61,702 nucleotides of DNA from Mesotaenium endlicherianum (Eukaryota): the NCBI GenBank assembly GCA_009602735.1, contig WELA01002856.1:186001-247702 (forward strand). Reading direction: 5' to 3'. Positions 57,389 to 61,702 of this stretch are shown here, one piece after another. The notes under the pieces were generated by a model. The model had not been told where the DNA came from, did not search any database, and saw nothing but the letters and a program-made list of their open reading frames with translations. The translations under genes were made by a program, and so were the position numbers. Position 1 is the stretch's first letter, and each line of letters opens with the position of its first letter.

Positions 57389-60300
57389 TCACTATGCATG
57401 CCTGACAAACAGATAAAGGAGACCATCAGTAATATAGACGTCCAGAGAGTGCACACTCTGGATGCTCTTGTTCCACCTGATGTCCAACATTTCTTTGCTA
57501 CGTCAGGAGAACAATGCGAAAGTCAGGAAAAGACAGTCCCCCCTATCCTACTGCATTGCATGATTGCAGGTAGGAAGGTGAGGGCATTTGTTGACGGAGG
57601 GGCGTCACATACTTTTATTCACAAGGACTTAGTTAAGCGGCTAAGGCTGCCTACTGTCACCCAAGGGAATAGAAAAATATTCCTTGGAGATGCCTCAAGT
57701 ATCCCGGGAGGAGTTATAACCAAGCCTATTGAGGTCCAGTTAGGTTCTGGCATTGCAGTTCTAACTGAAACGCTTACATTTGAGGTACTCAACACTGGCT
57801 TTTATGATCTCGTGCTAGGCAGGTCCTGGCTTAATAGACATCAAGCTGAAGTGTGTTGGAGCAGAGGTACAGTTAAAGTGAGAGGAGCCAGTGATGGGCA
57901 GACTGACTTGGCACCCACCAGTGCTCTTCCTCTTGTCCTGTGTGGATGGCAAATGAAGGAAAAGAAGAGGCTTCCAGAAGGATGCAAGTTGCTGAATGCA
58001 ATGGAGTTCGTCAAAAGCTGGAACCAGAAGGAAGACAGAATGTTCTGTCTGCTGCTAAGAGAGGTACCTCCTCAACCTGAAGAAGTGGTTGAGAAAAAGG
58101 TAAGCCCTCCGGAGCACCCTACTGCTGCAAAAATTGTTGCTCAGTACACTGATGTGTTTAACATGCCTCCAGGACTACCCCCTAAAAGGGAAGTAGATCA
58201 TAGGATTGATCTATTACCTGGTAGCCAGCCACCCTGGCAACGCACTTATGGCTTGTCTTATTTGGAGAGCGAGGAGTTGAAAACACAGATTGCAGAGCTG
58301 GAGGAAAATGGTTACATTTCTCCCAGTAAATCACCGTACGGCGCACCTATCCTATTTGTTAAGAAAAAGGATGGCAGTATGCGGATGTGTGTGGATTACA
58401 GAGCCCTGAACAGAATTACAGTAAAGAACAAGTATGCTTTACCCAGAATCGAGGACTTGCTTGATACCCTGTCTGGCGCTAAGGTGTTCAGTAAGATAGA
58501 TCTCAAGAGTGGTTATCATCAAATCAGAATTGCTGAGGGGGATGAACACAAGACTGCTTTCCGCACACGTTATGGACACTATGAGTTCAACGTGATGCCA
58601 TTTGGACTGACTAATGCTCCTGCTACCTTTATGGGTGCTATGAATGACATTTTCAGACCTTATTTGGATAAGTTTGTGCAAGTTTTCCTGGATGATATTT
58701 TAATTTTCTCTAAAGATGAAGCTCAGCACACTGAACACTTAAAGAAAGTGCTGGACACTCTGCGGAAAAATCACTTGTATGCTAAAATGAGCAAGTGTGA
58801 TTTCTTTAAGGAAAGTATTGAATTCTTAGGCCACGTTGTCAGTAAAGAGGGCATCAGTGTGGATCCTAAGAAAGTCCAGACCATAAGGGACTGGCCAGTA
58901 CCACAGTCTGTCTCTGAAGTTAGATCCTTCCTCGGGTTGGCTAACTACTATAGGAGATTGATTGAGAATTATTCCACAAAGGCCAGGAAATTGACTGACC
59001 TTACTAAGAAAGACATCGGGTATGTGTGGGGGGAAGAGCAGCAGGCTGCCTTCCAGACCCTTAAAGATGCCCTTTGTTCTGCCCCAGTGCTAGCCGTGTA
59101 TGACCCCAGCAAACCGGTGCAGGTGGTTACTGATGCCTCTGATTTTGCCATGGGTGCTATTTTGTTGCAGCCTGCTGACAAAACCACAAAGGATGGTAAG
59201 GTACGGCAGGAGTGGCATCCGGTGTTTTATGAGTCTATGAAATTAAATCCAGCGGATATTAACTACTCAGTGCATGATAAAGAGCTGCTAGCTATCATTC
59301 ATGTACTCAAACATTGGAGAGCATACTTACATGGTAAAGCTTTTAAGGTGATTACAGATCATCTAGCTCTGACCCACTTTCAGAAGAAGTCCAAGCTGTC
59401 GAGGAGGGAGAACCGCTGGAGCCAGATGCTGGAGCAGTTCCAAGTCCAAATCGACTACAAACCAGGGAAGTTGAATCCTGCTGATGCACTCTCTAGAAGA
59501 CCTGACTTGCAAGAAAGGAACTTTAGTCAGCATGCTGTAGATAAAGTCCTGTGTGCACTCACTTCACTAAAGGTGAAAAAGTCCTTCCTTGAACAACTTA
59601 GGAAAGCCTACCTTTCTGACCCAACATTTGAGCCCAGCCCCACTACTGGTGTGTGTCGTGCTACTGCACTCGGGTATAAGCTCAAGGGAGGGGTCTGGGT
59701 GACTGAAACCACTTCAGGCAGGCTGAAGCTGGTCATTCTTGATAATTTGGAAATAAGGTCTCTCTTACTGAGTCAAGCTCATGACAGTCTCTTGGGTGGA
59801 CATTTGGGGCAGGCCAAAACTGTTGGCAAACTGGCAAAACTTTACCATTGGGAGGGGTTACCCCGGGAGGTCTTGAAATATGTCAAGTCCTGTGACCAGT
59901 GTTTGAGAAATAAGTCTCGGCACACACCACCCGGAGGTCTCTTGCAATCGCTGCCCATCCCAGCTGGACGCTGGGAAACTATATCCATGGACTGGGTAGT
60001 CTCACTACCAAGAACTGCCAATGGGCATGATTCAATACTGGTAGTCGTGGATTAACTGACAAAAATGGTCATTTTTATCCCCACAACTGTCAAAGTGACT
60101 GCACTCGAAACAGCGAGACAGTTCTACAACCATGTAGTATGCCAACATGGGCTTTCTTCTAATATCATCTCAGACAGAGACTCAAAATTCACCTCAAAAT
60201 TCTGGAGAGCTTTAATGGGGTTAATGGGAGTCAAACAGCTGCTCAGCACAGCACACCACCCTCAAACTGATGGGCAGACTGAAAGAACTAACCGAGTTCT

Positions 60301-61091
60301 GCAGGAGGTGCTGAGAGCATATATTTACCAAAAACAAGATAATTGGGATGCCCTGTTGCCTCAAATTCAGTTTGCGGTCAACAGTGCGGTGCACACGTCA
60401 ACGGGCAAGACTCCTTCTAAACTCAGCCTGGGTAGAGTCCCTAAGTCTCCTCTAGATGTGCTAGGGGAATCTTTAACTCACCCTGAAGGGATTGACAACC
60501 CGGTCTCCCTCCAGTTAACTCAGGAGTTTGCTGACACCCTGTCAGAAGTCCAACGAAACTTGCACACGGCCCAAGAAAACCAACAAAAATACGCTAATCA
60601 ACACCGTCGGGAACTGACATTTTCCAAGGGGGATTTAGTCAAACTGCATTCTCAGCACCTGTACCTCCCTGGTGTGGTCAAGAAAAAGCTTGGCCCTGTC
60701 TGGGTCGGTCCATATTCGGTGGTCCGTCGTGTCGGTCAGAATGCTTACAAACTGAACATGTCAGTTGAATACAAGGGGCACCCGGTCTTTAATGTCTCCT
60801 TCCTGGAACCGTACATCAAAGGTGATACACTGTTCACAGGTCGGTTCCCTGTCCAACCGGGACCTGTCCACGCTGTCCGGGACGGCGACCCTGAGGAATA
60901 TGAGGTCGATGAGATTTTAGACGCTCGCTCGGTCCGTCGGTCCGTCGATCGTCTAAATATGTCATGAAATACCTCATCCGATGGAAGGGTTACGATGCCT
61001 CTGGGGACACTTGGGAATTTCAGGACCACTTGACCAGTGCCAAAGGGGCGTTGAAACGGTTCCACCTTTGGGCCGCTGGAGTCCCTTCATA
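57275..61091 (+). pseudogene. pol: pol of family A copy 3 (protease, RT, RNase H, integrase, chromodomain)
   Basis: VDGGAS, FLDD etc.; stop TAA at 60053-60055 (AAA in copy 1) and an 8-nt duplication GGTCCGTC near 60931-60946 that frameshifts the chromodomain. Confidence 0.93.
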
Positions 61092-61265
61092 ACTGTCATT
61101 TCAGTTGACACGGGAAGGTGACAGGCGGTCCTGTCTCCATTTAAAGTTGGAGGGGAAAATATATGACAGTTAGTGAGCGAGAGCGATAAAGGGACAGTTA
61201 CGTGAATCCTAAGTGTGAGCATAGTGACAGTGGGGACAACCTGGCCCACACAAAGCACCTTGAGC

Positions 61266-61702
61266 TGAAGGAAAGAGGGCCTCGCACAACACTACATCAC
61301 TTAACTCACCCTAAAACACAATGATACGTTTATGTTTAGCGCATCGCAACTATGTCAATGTTTTTCTATGTTCTAGCTCTTGCTTATATACTTGCTACAT
61401 AAGTAATATCTAAGAAGGTGCATGTTGATGTGTTGGCACCCAACACATCCCAAAACTTGCCACCTCTTTCTAGAATAATGTACACATGTCCTTTTGACCT
61501 AAAAATGGCACATCTTACTTTTGCCACATGGAGTTCTTCTAGGTCTTTCCTCTAACTTCGAAAATGCCTTGGAAGGTTCAAAGGACATGAACCAAGTTAC
61601 TAGAGTACCTATTCACACTTGACTCCACACAATACTACTCCAAATATATTTGAAAACATTAAAATATATGCGAACTAATATATAATAACTCAAATCACTA
61701 CA
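61266..61702 (-). repeat. Possible LTR of another element inserted in reverse orientation
   Basis: TGAAGG...CTACA termini, minus-strand TATATAAG, composition like the element C LTR; no second copy to confirm. Confidence 0.35.

Larger units (their letters stand above)
55051..61175 (+). mobile_element. Ty3/gypsy chromovirus family A copy 3 (5' LTR, PBS, gag, pol; 3' LTR not in window)
   Basis: LTR at 55051-55786, PBS at 55788; gag and pol; alignment to copy 1 is lost after about 61175. Confidence 0.95.

Overview
Eukaryotic nuclear DNA from the green lineage. It has spliceosomal GT-AG introns, a nuclear-encoded plastid L13 with a transit peptide and a land-plant-like ABCC1/2 transporter; a streptophyte alga is my inference only. 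Positions 1-18.3 kb are a multi-layer nest of Ty3/gypsy LTR retrotransposons. The nest holds a chromovirus (family A) with a large extra ORF between pol and the 3' LTR, and a diverged family-A remnant whose LTR is split by a non-autonomous element (C). Element C in turn hosts a full-length chromovirus (B) and a family-A solo LTR, and those three insertions have readable target-site duplications (TSDs). Positions 19.3-51.5 kb are a gene island: MIC10 (+), plastid RPL13 (-), URB2/Npa2 (+), GH1 beta-glucosidase (-), ABCC/MRP transporter (+) and PP2C (-). From 55.05 kb to the end lies a second family-A element. Most notable: (1) many introns in the GC-rich genes have a C/pyrimidine tract after the donor and a G/purine tract where the polypyrimidine tract should be; (2) the non-env accessory ORF of family A; (3) -1 frameshift slippery sites with stems/pseudoknots in two families; (4) a variant primer-binding site (PBS) shared by three families. 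All alignments were done by eye and no database searches were run.
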